Of a DNA stretch of 64,000 nt, positions 1 to 14,668 are shown in pieces (position 1 is the stretch's first letter; every line of letters starts with the position of its first letter). Position numbers and translations under genes: made by a program. The stretch covers positions 372,001 to 436,000 of the forward strand of contig OZ287067.1 in assembly GCA_965645245.1 (NCBI GenBank). The letters run 5' to 3'. Below the pieces are notes generated by a model, which was given only the letters and a program-made list of their open reading frames with translations, was not told the DNA's origin and made no database searches. This stretch comes from Massalongia carnosa (Eukaryota).

Positions 1-614
1 CAAAGATCAGTTACAGACATCCTAAATGTCTAACAAGGACGCAAGCACTCTCCGCGTGTACCTAGTGCGGCATGGTGAGTATATATATACTCCCTCGCGA
101 CGTCTTTGATTGTTCGTTTTTCGAATCCGCTAAACTTCGTTTCTCGGTTACCGGCATCATAACGTGGCCAAGCCGGCGTTTCTGTTTTCCGAGGGAGCAA
201 AGCAGCCATCAATGAGGAGTGTTATGATATAACACGGGAGAATATTAATCTGCAAAGAGCTATTTACTCCCACAGCCCCCCATGTCTTCGCCGGCCAACC
301 TGGAGTACTTGATCTCTCACAAAAAGGTTTAGCAAAAGAATATCTGAAACACGGGGCTCCGTTTCTGGACGAAGCTACTCTGGCTTTAAGCTATGCGATT
401 GTGCTCGTAGGAGACTCCTCGAGGAGACCCACATAAGAAATCTAAGAAAGAGGTTGGAACTGGCATTCGAGCATAACTTACCACCACGCCACGCAGGTGA
501 ATTTGATGCTTAAGGTACAGAGTCAAGATAGCCTTGCTAATTATAATGACTGTTGTATAGGAAGGACCTTTACGCAACGGGGACAGCCAATCATGTGACA
601 CTGCGCCACGGAAG

Positions 615-2520
615 CTAAGGCACTTGAGATTTAGTCTTTTTCGCTTTCTTTCTCTCTTCTTCTTGCCAAGTAACATCTGTTGCCTTCCAAATTGCTTCGG
701 GATCGGGAATAGGAATAAGATGCTCGGAGGAAATAGCAAGATCTTGTTTTGAAAGCTCTTTAATTTGTCGTAAACGATTTCTTTCTTGCTTTCGAGCAAT
801 CACTCCTTCGGCATATTTGGCGTCTCTTCCAATACGCCAAATCTTCATCCATGTCTGATGCTGCTTCTTTGCTTCTGTTTCTTTAGCTTGTTTTTCCTTT
901 GCTGCAATCATCTCCTCAGCATTCTCTTTAGTAAGCCCTAATCCTGAACCTAAGGTTCGTAATCGCTTCGAGAGGTAGATTTCTGTTTTAAGTCATCTTC
1001 TCTTCTTTTCTGATATATAGATAATTGAATATCATTAAACGTAGCTCGTGTACAAACGGTTTTTGTATTATTAACAAACGACTCAAATTGCTCTGAGCGA
1101 GCCGGATCACTCCACAACATTCCTTGTTGAATTTTCTTCTGCCATGTTTGAAGTCCTATTTCAACATCCATTGAGGATGTTGGCTGAATATGAGACAAGA
1201 TTGGAAGAGTAGGCTCTTTTTCTTTATTGTGTAGCTTTTCTTGAGCATCAAGCGGCTTGAAAGTTTTAAGCAATGAGATGCAGTTTTTAGCATTAACAGG
1301 CCACATTCCTGATTTCTCAAAAGTACTTCGAATAGTACATTTCTTGAAAGTATTATCACGTATCTTAGTAAGATCCGCAAGAAATCGCTGTAATGTATAC
1401 TCAACATTGAATTCCAGTAGAGCATCTTGAATTGCCATATCATGCCAGTGTTTATAAGGTTGAAATACTCCAACATCAAGCGGCTGCATACAGTGTGTAA
1501 GATGCGGTGTAAGCGGATAAGGACGAATGTGACTTATATTAGCAAGAGCTCTGAACTCAGGAGTACAATGACTGCCATGATTATCCATGAGCATTATTTT
1601 CCAGTCTGCTTCTGGTCCAGAGTCTGAATGATCAATATATGCTGAAGAAACACCTGTGCTATCTTGTCAGAGGTAAATCCGTTTCCTGAAGGTATAATTC
1701 GAGCTCCCTTTGGCAGCTCTTTTGAAAACCAGTCCATCATGATTTCATGTCCTTGTATAAGAATTAAAGGTGGTGGAGGATAGTCGCACGCTGCATTGAT
1801 GCATTCAAATATCGTGATAGATTTACGATTTTCAGGACTTATCGCATAGAACTAAAATATATATTTAACTTGCTGAATAAATTGAATAAGAATATAGAAT
1901 CTAACTTCTAATACGTCTGTGGGTGCCAGAATTTGATGCCCTTTCATACACCCAACACGAAAGCCTGCCTCATCGAAATTGACAATATTCTTCTTTGTTT
2001 TGATCTGTAACGTCTTTAAAGCTTGTCTATAATCTACAAACCATGCTTGTATATCCTCCTCTTGTGCAGCGGTGAATCGTATCATTGCTAATGGCTTAGT
2101 CTTGATCTTGTGTAGGTTATTCTTTTTCCACCATGTTCTGAACTAGCGTAGAGTAGGTCCACTCGACTCAGGATTTTGCCCGCGTTTTAAACTGACAATT
2201 GCATTGAATACAACTCCGTGCGATGGTTGAATACCCTGTGCAAGTAAGGATCGAATAAAGTGATGAATCGCTTATACTTGATGCTCCTCAAGTATCTTGT
2301 TTTGTCCACCTCTTGCACTTTTTGCACTGGAAGAAGATTTCTTGTTAGAAGAAGATTTCATATCAGAAAAAGAAGATTTATAATCAGTCGCAATAGAGCT
2401 GTACAACGTTGTAGGCCGAATTTTGAATATCTGAGCTGCGCATGCAGTTCGTTCGTCAGGATTTTCCAACAAGAATGTTTTAGCATCACTAATACGTGTT
2501 TGTAAGGATACAGAATCCAT
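615..2520 (-). pseudogene. pogo/Fot1 DDE transposase, disabled, one 54-nt intron (1852-1905)
   Basis: In-frame stops at 2272-2274 and 2143-2145 and frameshifts near 1640 and 960. Splicing GTTAGA...TTTTAG restores DVLE^FYAISPENRK, collinear with copy B. Confidence 0.88.
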
Positions 2521-2685
2521 TGTAGATATAGATAGCAATTATTTATGATGAGATAATAATATAATAATGTGATAGTAAATGTGATAGTAATTTAAATGAT
2601 GCGGTGGTGCTTTAGTGATGTGGTGGTGGTTTAACGTTGCGAGCCTACGAAGCTTCGCTTTCCTACGAAGTTTGCTTTCCCCGAC

Positions 2686-5600
2686 TAATCGTCGGCTAGT
2701 CTCTCGCTTACCTCGGCCGACTCGAGGCGTTCGCCTCTAGTCGGGGAAAGCAAAGTTCGGCGGAAAGCAAAGTTCGTCTTTTCAACTTATACACGCAAAA
2801 AATCAATCAAATAACGATGGTAATTTTTTTCTGCAAAGATCAAGCATGAAAAATGTTATAATAGTAGTTATACTAATAATAACCCAACTGCTTCTGAACA
2901 TCATCCTCGTCGCTGTCGTCGACATCGTCGCCTACTTCCTCTTCTATTTCAAAGGCAACGAAGTCTTTTTGTAGATGAATAGAATCACCTTCACCTATTA
3001 ATCGTAGGTTTTGATCTCCTACAGTATCCATCATAAAGATAGTTTCTGTCTCTTCCTCTTCATCATTGAATATATGAGTATCTTTTACTCCTTTCTTCGT
3101 CTTTTTTTTGGTCTCTTCCGTCTGCCAAGTAATGTCGCTCGCCTTCCAAATGGCCTCAGGATCACCAATGGGATTCAACATTTCATCGGATATGCTAACT
3201 CCCTGTTTGCGAGGTCTTTAACATGTTTAATTCTGATATTTTCATTCTTTCGAGCGATAACACCTTCCGCGTGTACACTATCTCTTTTTATTCGCCATGT
3301 TCTCATGAAGTTGTTGTGTTCTCGTTTCTTTTCTATCTGCTCATCTTTTGCTATCTTTCAGCAATTGCTCGTTGCGCATCCTCCTTCGTGAGTCCTAATC
3401 CTCCGTCTGTCGAGTAATTAGGTCTTAATCGCTTGCGAGAAGCTGCTCTTTGTAGTAATTCATTGCTTCTTCGCTCATGATGAAGTGATAATTCGAAGTT
3501 CGTAAGCGTCGATTTGGCAACAACTTCCTTCGTATTACTCACGAATTCCTCCAACTCCTGTTCCCGGACTGGATCACTCTATTGTGTATTATCGCGAATT
3601 TTGGGTAGCCATTCAAGTAATCCTCTTTCAACATCATCAAACGTTTTAGGTTGAATTCGTGGCAATGTTGGAAGAGATAATGTTGAAAAAGAAGAAGAAT
3701 TATTCTTACTTTGCGAAGGTACAAACCTCTTTAGCTGTTCAGTGCATTTCTTCTCATTAATAGGCCACATTCCAGGATCTTTCAAAGGCAGAATGAATAG
3801 TGGATTTCTTGAATGTGTTATCTCGTATTTTTGCGGGAGCTCGTAGACAGAGATGGGTGGCCAAGCTGACAGCTGAAGTATCAACAAAGAGAAAGCCCAA
3901 ACGCACACCACCATGGGAAAAAGCGGAGAATGCACAAGAGGAAAAACGAGCAGAATATGCCGCACTTCAAAGAGAAAGAGACGGAATCATAGCGAAACGA
4001 TTTAAAGAAAAATGGAAGGACAAATGGATAGCGTATCAATCAATACATACGCTTGATCCAACAATAGCACAGTCGGGTCCATTGCACAAAAACAGGTTGA
4101 ACACGCACAAGCTGCTGAATAAGGCGCAAAGCTCCCTCGCAATTCAAATTAGAACAGAGAAAATCGGGTTAGCGAGTTTTCTATTCAAACGCAAGGTGCC
4201 AGACATTGAGTCCGCGGCCTGCCTGTGCGGAAGCCGCTTTCAAACGGCGAAACATGTGATAATGTTCTGCGGATTGCATAATAGAATCGATATGTTGCGT
4301 GCAGCTGGCTCGCTGGATTATCAAAAACTGATAACAGACCCCAAAGCGATCAAAATAATCACTGCATGGCTTATGCGTACGGGCATACTAACACAGTACA
4401 CCATTGCCGCGCAAATGACGGAGCAATAATGAGAGGAGAATTGGTTTTTTCTTCTACTTATTTTCTTTTCTTCTCTTTTATTCTTGCACTTACTCAGGCG
4501 CATAACGGGTATAGCGGGTTTCCCAAACCGTAGAGATCAACCCGGGGAAAGAGCGAGTCCTCTACAAACCTGGTACGCAGGAGCAGTTTTTTACCCGTTC
4601 GGGTTTTCTGCCTTTATATAGCCTATGTAGTATCTCCCGCATGGGCCAGCTTCAGCTGGTGTCATATCGGCGTAAGAAAAATCAATCAATCAATCTCGTA
4701 TTTTTGGTGAGATCTTGAGAAAATCGAGTTATTGTATACTCTACATTGAACTCCGCAATCGCTTCTTGAATGGCCACATCATGCCAATATTTATAAGGTT
4801 GAAACACTCCTACATCAAGCGGTTGCATACAATGCGTCAAATGTGGTATCTAAGGATAAGGACGAATCCAGTTTTCATTGGCAAGGTTGATGAATTCAGG
4901 AGTAACATGACTACCGTGATTATCCATGAGTATCAACTTCCAATCACTCTCAGATCCTGCATCAGAATTTTCAATGTAATGTTGCAGATATGCAATCGCT
5001 ATTTTATCCGATGTGAATCCATTTTCTGACGAAACAATTCGAGTTCCTTTAGGCAGTTCGTCTGCAAACCAATTGCTCATCATATCATGACCTTGTATGA
5101 CAAGTAAAGGAGGTGGCGGATAATCACCGGCGGCGTTTATATTCTCGAAAATGGTGATAGATTTTCTATTCTCAGGACTAATAGAATAATACTCCTTTAC
5201 GTCTGTTGGAACCAAAATTTCATGTCCCTCCATGCAGCCAACTCGAAAACCAGCCTCATCAAAATTGATGATATTTCGTTTATTCTTGATATTCAGCTCT
5301 CGAAGAACCACCCGATAATCAGCGAACCATGCTACAACGTCCTTTACTTGTCCCGCCGTATAGCGAACGACTGCTAGCGGTTTAGTCTTAATCTTATGTA
5401 AATGGTTGGATTTCCACCATGTTCTAAACTATCGCTTAGTAGGACCTTTATAATCAGCATTCTGACTTCGCTTCAGACTCTTGATCGCGTTGAATATCAG
5501 TTCATGCGTCGGTTGAACACCATATGTAAGTAACGAGCAAATGAACTCATGTATTGCTTTGATCTGATGCTTCTCCAATATCTTATTATGTCCTCATCTC

Positions 5601-5936
5601 TTCTCGACTTCATTTGACGCGGCTGTTTTGAGCAAGTAAACTTTGTAAAGTGGTACGAGGAATATCAAATATGCGAGCAGCGCATATCTTGCTTTCAAGT
5701 GGATTTTCTATTAGAAACTGCTTAGCATCATTCAGACGCGTGACAGTATCATTTCAATTCATGATTATGATGATAATCAATAATGAAATAGTTGATGTAG
5801 TCAAATGCGTCGTGTTGATGGAATGGAAATTAAATTGCGAAAAGACGAACTTTGCTTTCCGCCGAACTTTGCTTTCCCCGACTAGAGGCGAACGCCTCGA
5901 GTCGGCCGAGGTAAGCGAGAGACTAGCCGACGATTA
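2686..5936 (-). mobile_element. Fot1/pogo-family DNA transposon copy B, both ends intact, TA target duplication, disabled transposase
   Basis: Perfect 98-bp inverted repeat including the TA (2686-2783 / 5839-5936) with internal GAAAGCAAAGTTCG direct repeats. Minus-strand transposase fragments (4850-5311 NFDEAGFRVG...LMDNHGSH; 3351-3554; 2873-3181) with multiple stops and frameshifts. Confidence 0.93.
3834..4692 (+). mobile_element. 5'-truncated Tad-like LINE inserted in pogo copy B
   Basis: 14-bp TSD ATCTCGTATTTTTG (3820-3833, 4693-4706). ORF2 C-terminus with zinc-finger-like CLCG...TAKHVIMFC ending at 4429. (ATCA)n tail. Confidence 0.92.
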
Positions 5937-6537
5937 GAAGCGAATGCTTCTTGGAGGGAGAGGATTAAGCGAGCGACTAGCCGACGATTATTATCATAAT
6001 ATGTTTGATTCCTGGACCCAACGGTGGGTGGTAGTTCTGTTTTCTCCAGGTTAAAAAGATAGGCATCGGGATTGGTCAAGTACCGAAGGAGTGGTCGGTC
6101 ACTCCCGGGGCCGGTGGTCACTGGTGACCAAGAGTAATCGAGGTAACCAGTACAGGGCTTAGGGCTGGGCCTGTATACTTAAGGAAGATCATCATTCAGA
6201 TAGATCAGACCTCTAACGGTTAATTCACCAGTCATTCATACGCAGGATATTCAGTCCAGCACCCTGCTCATTACTTGTCTGCCCGGAACTTCTACTGATT
6301 GTAGACGTTACGGCGACACACCGTCTCTTTTGGTTTTTCACCCAGCGTGATTTACATACCATGAGGAATCTTGGTATCTTTTTCGCCCAGCCGGAGACAC
6401 CTAACTAAGCAACTTAATCTAGGACCTTTGGGCCATTAGTTTTCTCGGTGATCTTGGGCCCCTATTTATAGACATTGGTATGCTCCCAGATTCTCGAACA
6501 CGTTCTTAGCAGGTTCACGAAACTGTTCAATTGTATT

Positions 6538-8033
6538 ATGGTAGCTGAAGAGATATTCATTCCTGAAGAGAGAACGGCTTCTACGCATCCATAGACTCGT
6601 CAACGGAGTCGCTGGAATTATCGCGAAAACAATAGTTCAGACGACGGCGACAACGACAACGACGTTGAAAGGCGGCTTATCAGACTTCTTGATGCTTTCT
6701 ATCAATCTTCTAATCACCATTCTGGCTCTGGGAAATACCAAACTATCAGCAACGCTGAAAATGAGGCAGAAAGCCTCTATTTAAAAGAAAAGCGTTTAGT
6801 AAGATTGATTATCTGCGAAACACTAAATAAAAGGAATTCTTCATCTACGTTCCCAAAGGATAATCGGTATTGGACGGGCAAGAATTTGGCCCAAACTAAA
6901 ACTTATCATTTGCAAGACAGCTTAAAGCATGCCACAGTAATTTGTGGGTGTCCTCATCCGGATAGGATACTTTGCGGTTCAGCTAGGACTCTTGCTGGTA
7001 TATTAGACCGAGCAATTGAGGAACTTCACGATAGTATCGCCTTTTGTGCTCGGTTGCTACAATCTCAAGGAACTTCCAGGAACCAAGAAACCTCTAATAT
7101 AACGCTCTCTCTGAGGTAATCAGTGTCATTGCACTCATCAGGTGAAGTCGAAGTTGTTCAATAGCGTTCATTAGTTTGCCAGTTACACGCTGCCAAAAGG
7201 TGTTCTGATGGTTGCCCGCCAAGGCTTCAATCAGATGACTCTACCTTAGGGCCGAATATTATTGGAAGAACCAACAACACGGGCGCTGCTAATTCAAACA
7301 GCATAAGAATGGCGATTCATACTGCCCCCCAAAACCCTCTCGGACAATCTGCACAGCTTAGCGCTCAGAACACAATATCATTTCTTAATCCTTGGGTTAG
7401 GCCGAAACCTGCCAATTGGCAGCTATGAATTCGAACAGGAATTCACTCCAGCTAAACCCAGCCATGGCCTCTGGAAGGGTCTCTCAACTGCCGCTCACTG
7501 ACCACGAACTCAATTGCATCAAAGCCATACTCCTGCAATCATCGGGATAGACGATGTTCCTTTGATCACCTGCTTCCAACAGGAGTCGTGGTGATGTTCC
7601 TTTGATCACCTGCTTCCAACAGGAGTCGTGGTCTTCTAGAATTGATCACGAGCGAAAGTATCTTTCCCGTCAGATAACATCGTGAGACCAGGCTTCGATG
7701 CTTCGATGGATTTCAGCGGCATTTGAGCGCTTTCAGCGCTACCCATCTTCGGAGAGCTCATGATGGCCAGTTGAAGAGCCTCATCTCTCACCATGTACAT
7801 CCGCACAGTATGCGCAACGTAGTCGAGGACAAATCAAAATGTGCTATATTCTTATTATGATGGGAACTTTCACGGTGGTGGGAAGTCTTGCCCCGGCCTT
7901 ATGGCGTTCTGGAAATCGAAACGATATGGCCGGTGGCTTCTCACTGGCTCAGTATCTCCTTGGCTTTGGAATGTTCGTTACTAGATCGGTGTTAGTAATA
8001 CATAGCAGAACGTGCACCTGCTGGAAAGGTTGA
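6538..8033 (+). pseudogene. possible decayed hypothetical gene with C-terminal hydrophobic segments
   Basis: Frame from ATG 6538 is open to 7119 except TAG 6592-6594. The 7839-8033 peptide has two hydrophobic stretches. No recognised family. Confidence 0.25.
7553..7632. repeat. perfect 40-bp tandem duplication
   Basis: GATGTTCCTTTGATCACCTGCTTCCAACAGGAGTCGTGGT at 7553-7592 and 7593-7632. Confidence 0.95.
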
Positions 8034-9550
8034 GCGATTTTGAAACGCTGAAGGGCTCCGCAACAACTACGCTTAGAATCCATCAGTTAAAGTACCAGAA
8101 TGCCAATGCCTTCATATAAGGCTTCCGGACTAGCAGTCTTTTGTGGCTCCGAGAGAAGCATCTATTCAACATCCCAGTACTTTATACCTCTTGAACGCAA
8201 TTTGAGAGATGGTGACCACTTAACGGTGCTATATCTGTCGTAGGTAAAACTGCCACATTTCATGGTTAAATGGAAGCCCCATCCAAAGATCTCAAGACGT
8301 CCAGATGGTATTTGTATTGCTTAACATGATCACGTGATGTCAAAGTCCCTAAAATTCTTTGGGGTAATCACTAAGATCCCACTCAAGACCGTCATAGCTT
8401 TTCAGTCAACACGAATCTACTTATCTGTTGCTCTGCTCCATATCGAGACGTTTTCGGGAACAAAAAAAACGTTTGCTCAATACGACGCTCGAAAGCACTG
8501 CAAATTAGGTTGTTGTTAACCGTTCAAATGTTACGAAGTAGAGCAAGCGTTTCTATCTGTCTTCAGGGCAAATGAACCTTTTTGTTGACCACAGCGCTTT
8601 AGGTTACCCGCAAGATATATTATCGGGCACAACAATACGGCTTAGTTATATCTGACGCAGCATCAATACCTGTTGCATAAATATATGACTATGAGTATAT
8701 GATTATGGTGATAACTAGCAAAGACATACTCATGACCGTGATAAAAACTAGTCTGAGCTTAGTTGCTTAATCCCTCGTAAATAAGATCTATTCTGGGTTT
8801 TTTTTATTTCTTTTCGGATCAAGTGATTATTGAATATCGATGCGTTTAACTCTTTACTGTAAAACGAGATCAAACTACAGCCTGATCTTATTTAGTTCAT
8901 CTTTAGGCTAAGCCTAATCTGGCCAACTACATAATTAACACACTCTTCAGGTCTTACTATGGAGTGTTTCTTCCAAACAAGCCAGATGCCTTGATGCTGT
9001 ATGTAAACATCGCAGATCAATAGACTGACACTGTCAAGTCAGATAGACCATCAGCGAGCATTCTTAGGTGAAACGTGGGAATCTGGAACACAGCGACATT
9101 AAGATAAAGTTGGCGACCTATTTGCGGTCGGCCCCGATGGCAAGATAGCAACAACCGCCACCTGAACGTTCATGCACGTTTCCCAGCTCCCCGACAGGTC
9201 ACAGGCGCATTGAAATGCGGTGAGATATACCCAGGTGCGTTAGACTGATTCGCAGAATGCGCTTAGTCATTGATGGATCAAATTCAATAGGCTACCTGCA
9301 CCTCCTGAACATGCATGCACAGCGTAAATCCGCCTAAGTTTTCTCTTTCCGGCTTCAGATCTGCAAGATGTCATTCTGAACCGCAGCTCGCGAAAGAGAC
9401 GATCTCTAATCAACATTACGCGCTCTAGCCCTGCTAAGTTCCAGGCCCTTTTCCTCGCGTGAGGTTCGAAATGTGGGGTTTCCCAAAATCCCATAACCTT
9501 TTACTTCCTACCCGCTTCAACCTAGACTCCCAGCAAAGCTTTTGATTGCC

Positions 9551-11214
9551 ATGGCAGAGCTCTTCGAACCAAACGTCGCGCATCCCATTGAGGCTGATCC
9601 AGAGGTAATTGTATTATCTTACTTTCATAGGTGCCTGTGCTGATAGTTGCCTTCTAGCTTGGGGACGAGTCTGATTCCACGATAGGCGATGAGGTGTAAG
9701 TCCTATGCTGGACTTGAATCATAGAATCCGCGGACTCAGGATGTTATCAGGTCAAAGTACACTGCCTCTTTAACTAGTAGTATTGAGAGGTATACTATCG
9801 AGAATGGTCGACAGTAAGATATCGCTTCGCCACAAATGCTGCTGTTATGAAATTCTGATTCTCCTGCCCAAATAGATACCATGCGTGAGTGCCTGGCAGG
9901 ATGAATTGTTTTCATTCATCAGTCTAACTACTTTGCATTGGTAGCTACAAAGATGGAGGTATGTAAGTCTATTGGCGCAGAATTATCATCATTGACGAAC
10001 TTTGGTTTAGCCTATATTATGCCCAACGATGATGTGAGATAAGTGTAGCTTATGCTTGGCATATATTGCTGACAGATCTGTTAACAGCACGAAATGGATC
10101 GTCTGGACATGTTCCATCAAATGATTAGGATCGTCATGCGGGAGAGGTTGCACTTTGCTCCACTCGAGAAGAAGCCCATGAGGGTTCTAGATGTTGGCAC
10201 GGGAACAGGCATTTGGGCTATCGAGTTTGGTTAGCATTGTTATCCAGCTCATCTCTGGTCTGATAAAACTTTCAAGCTTAGACGATCGGAATAGGTGACG
10301 ATAATCCTATGGCCGAGGTTATCGGTACTGATCTCAGCCCCACACAATCTACTTGGTGTGTGCAATTTCAAAGAACGAATTTGTACGAGTAACTGACTGG
10401 CTCAGGGTCCCCCCAAATGTCAAGTTCGAGGTAGACGATTGCGAGGAGCCCTGGACCTTTCAGCAGCCATTCGATTTCATTCACTCTCGATACATTATAG
10501 GTGCCATCAATGACTGGCCAAGATTGGTTCAGCAATGCTACCAACACACCAAACCCGGCGGCTGGGTGGAGTTTCAGGACTTTGATGCTCAGTATTATTC
10601 GGAAGATGGAAGTTTGGGCGAGGACTCTGCCGTTGTGTCTTGGGTGAATACCTGGGTCGGTGCAAGCAGAGATGCTGGACGTGATCCTCACCCGGGCCCC
10701 CAAATCGCAGGGTGGATGCGAGATGCAGGATTTCAAAACGTTAAGCAAGAGAAATTCCGTTTGCCGATCGGCCCATGGGCCAAGGATAAGCACCTGGTAA
10801 GCTTATCGTTCCCTGCCATTCTCCATGTCCCTTCTTCCGCTGGTGGTCAGTGACGAACCACCGACACCCAAGTACATAAAAGGTGTTCTCTTTCCGACGG
10901 AATTAAGTGCTTATGCGGCGTTAGAAAACCATCGGTGCCTATAACGTTGTGCAAGTCGAGGAAGGACTGGAGGCGTTCAGCCTCCGTCTCTACACACAAG
11001 TGTTGGGTTGGAAGGCAGAGGAGGTGCAGGTACTTCTTGCCAAGGTTCGGCAGGATCTCGCGAACCCCCGAATGCACATTTTATATGACTAGTGAGTAGA
11101 ATATTCCTGAGGAAAAGCACTTTGGTTGAACCGACTGATGCTTTCCACAGCTATGTTGTTTACGGACAGAAACCTTTCGTAGAGAGTGAAGCGGCTGAAG
11201 AGGCTACTACGTGA
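9551..11214 (+). CDS. SAM-dependent methyltransferase, LaeA-like family, 11 exons
   Basis: Spliced product reads [27 protein letters not shown]...RVLDVGTGTGIWAIEFG...GTDLSP...VPPNVKFEVDD...FDFIHSR...KPGGWVE...YVVYGQKP. Ten GT-AG introns, including 9-nt (9876-9884) and 14-nt (9945-9958) exons. Confidence 0.92.
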
Positions 11215-11894
11215 GCCGACGAACCTTGACGCAAAGACTCAGGAGTGAATCATGGAATCCATGGGCTTCATTAGGGCTTTTGTTTATTTTTCTTTCCTTG
11301 TCGTTTTTGGCCAGATGCGATCCAAGGGTGGTGCTGACGGTAGGATATTCAGGTATTCAGGTATTCAGGCATACATACGGGAGTACACGACTATATAATG
11401 CACAATGATCTTTCGCCTTTCTGATGTTGGTGTTGCTGCCCCGTAGTCCGCACTTTACTCCGTACTCCATACTCTGTACTCTGGATCAGAATGATCACTG
11501 CAGCAACGCTGCAGATAAAACGTCAATGATCTTCCCAGCCCAGATTGAGCCTAATTGAGCCTAGCGCATCGTCATCATATGACTAATCGTAACCCTGAGG
11601 ATGATTTTGCAACAACTTTCTACTACACAGCTGTTGACATCACATTGCCATGATGAAGTAATTATTACTCTGTACCTACGATACAGTGCCTGCTCTATCA
11701 CCACACGTCAAACCTGAGGCCACCCACTCTAGCATCCAGAGTACTCGCTCGGAAAATGCAAGGTGCTCAATAGCTTAACTCCCCCCATCATCACAATTCG
11801 CTATACAGATCCAACGAGCCCGCAATGGAACATCGTTCTTCTCATCCATGAGACGCGAACATCTCTACAGAGTACTCTCACAGTTTTTCAATAG

Positions 11895-13733
<1,839 letters not shown>

Positions 13734-14668
13734 AAGAGAACTTTGGCAGGGTGAGGGGGGTTGTATAAAGTTTGCATGTCAGATGCGTTGCGGAGTGTAT
13801 TATATATATGCAGTGACGGGGCTATCCATCATCGATGCGTGGCATGTCGTGGGCTTGTTTTCGATTACGCTTGCACGCACGGGTATTTGGGCGTTCGACG
13901 GGGATGATATCCACTCTTCGTTTCCCCTCCGACTTCTCCTTCACGGGAAGCTGAGGGTTCGCTACGGTACAAGTACACATAACTGCCTAGGTATCTACCT
14001 AGATAGAAAAGCCCAATGTTTTGGTGACGCGCTTGCTTTTACATAGGTACATACCTAGGTATGCAGGTATGTTATCGTTTAGGGAAAAGAAGGGGGGGGG
14101 GTGTTTGTTTGTAAGAACAGGATGAATGCATGAAGTGGCTCCTTCTTTCTTCGCAAGTCATTCAACCCCCATACCTATCCCCCGTACCTGTCCCCTTCCC
14201 TTCCCATCCCTCCCCTTCCCATCCCTTCCCTTCCCTCCCCCTATAACCTTATGTGGATCAGGGTTATGTATATGGACGTAGATCCGGACATGTGGGCGAA
14301 GTAAACGGTTAGGTGTAATAAATAGGGAGATATGAATAGAAAGACAGAAAGATTGATAAGAAGAAAAGGTATCCCAGACCAGCCAAACCAACCAACCCTC
14401 CGTCTCGAGGTATTTAGCCCCCTTGTCAGAACGCTTTTCTTTTGTTTTTTATTTTAGCGGTCTTGCGGCCCAACTGCTGTAGTAGATATGTAAAACGGGA
14501 GAGTATATCGGGGGAGAGAAGGGGATAGGGAGAAGAGGATTCTTGCGGGGTTATGGAAGAGTTGGTTGGTTGGTTGGTTGGGAGAAGATGGATACAGAAG
14601 GAGAAGCTTTCGATTCCCTTCTTTCCGCCTCTCTCTCTCTCTCGTTGTGCTCAGCTACACAACCCCAA

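Larger units (their letters stand above)
615..5990 (-). mobile_element. Fot1/pogo-family DNA transposon copy A (3' end truncated near 615; 5' TIR split by insertion of copy B into 2640-2687 and 5937-5990)
   Basis: Transposase fragments 2272-2538, 1852-2085 (NFDEAGFRVG), 950-1594 (LMDNHGSH...HCMQPLDVGVFQPYK, DDE_1 type) and 615-911. TIR ...TTTGCTTTCCCCGAC-TA at 2671-2687. Removing 2688-5936 joins it to 5937-5990, which parallels the outer TIR of copy B. Confidence 0.85.

Noticed and set aside
220..600. Possible LTR (TGTTATG...GTGACA after a short purine run) at the point where pogo A is truncated
   Set aside because: No matching TSD, second copy or retroelement ORF in the window. Needs the upstream sequence.
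2688..2740. Mini-Helitron reading of the 50-bp cap (A|TC...hairpin CTAG|T)
   Set aside because: Its exact inverted copy at the other end of pogo B and the parallel cap of pogo A are explained more simply as part of the TIR.
6002..6320. Possible solo LTR next to the pogo nest
   Set aside because: LTR-like composition only. No convincing terminal inverted repeat or TSD.
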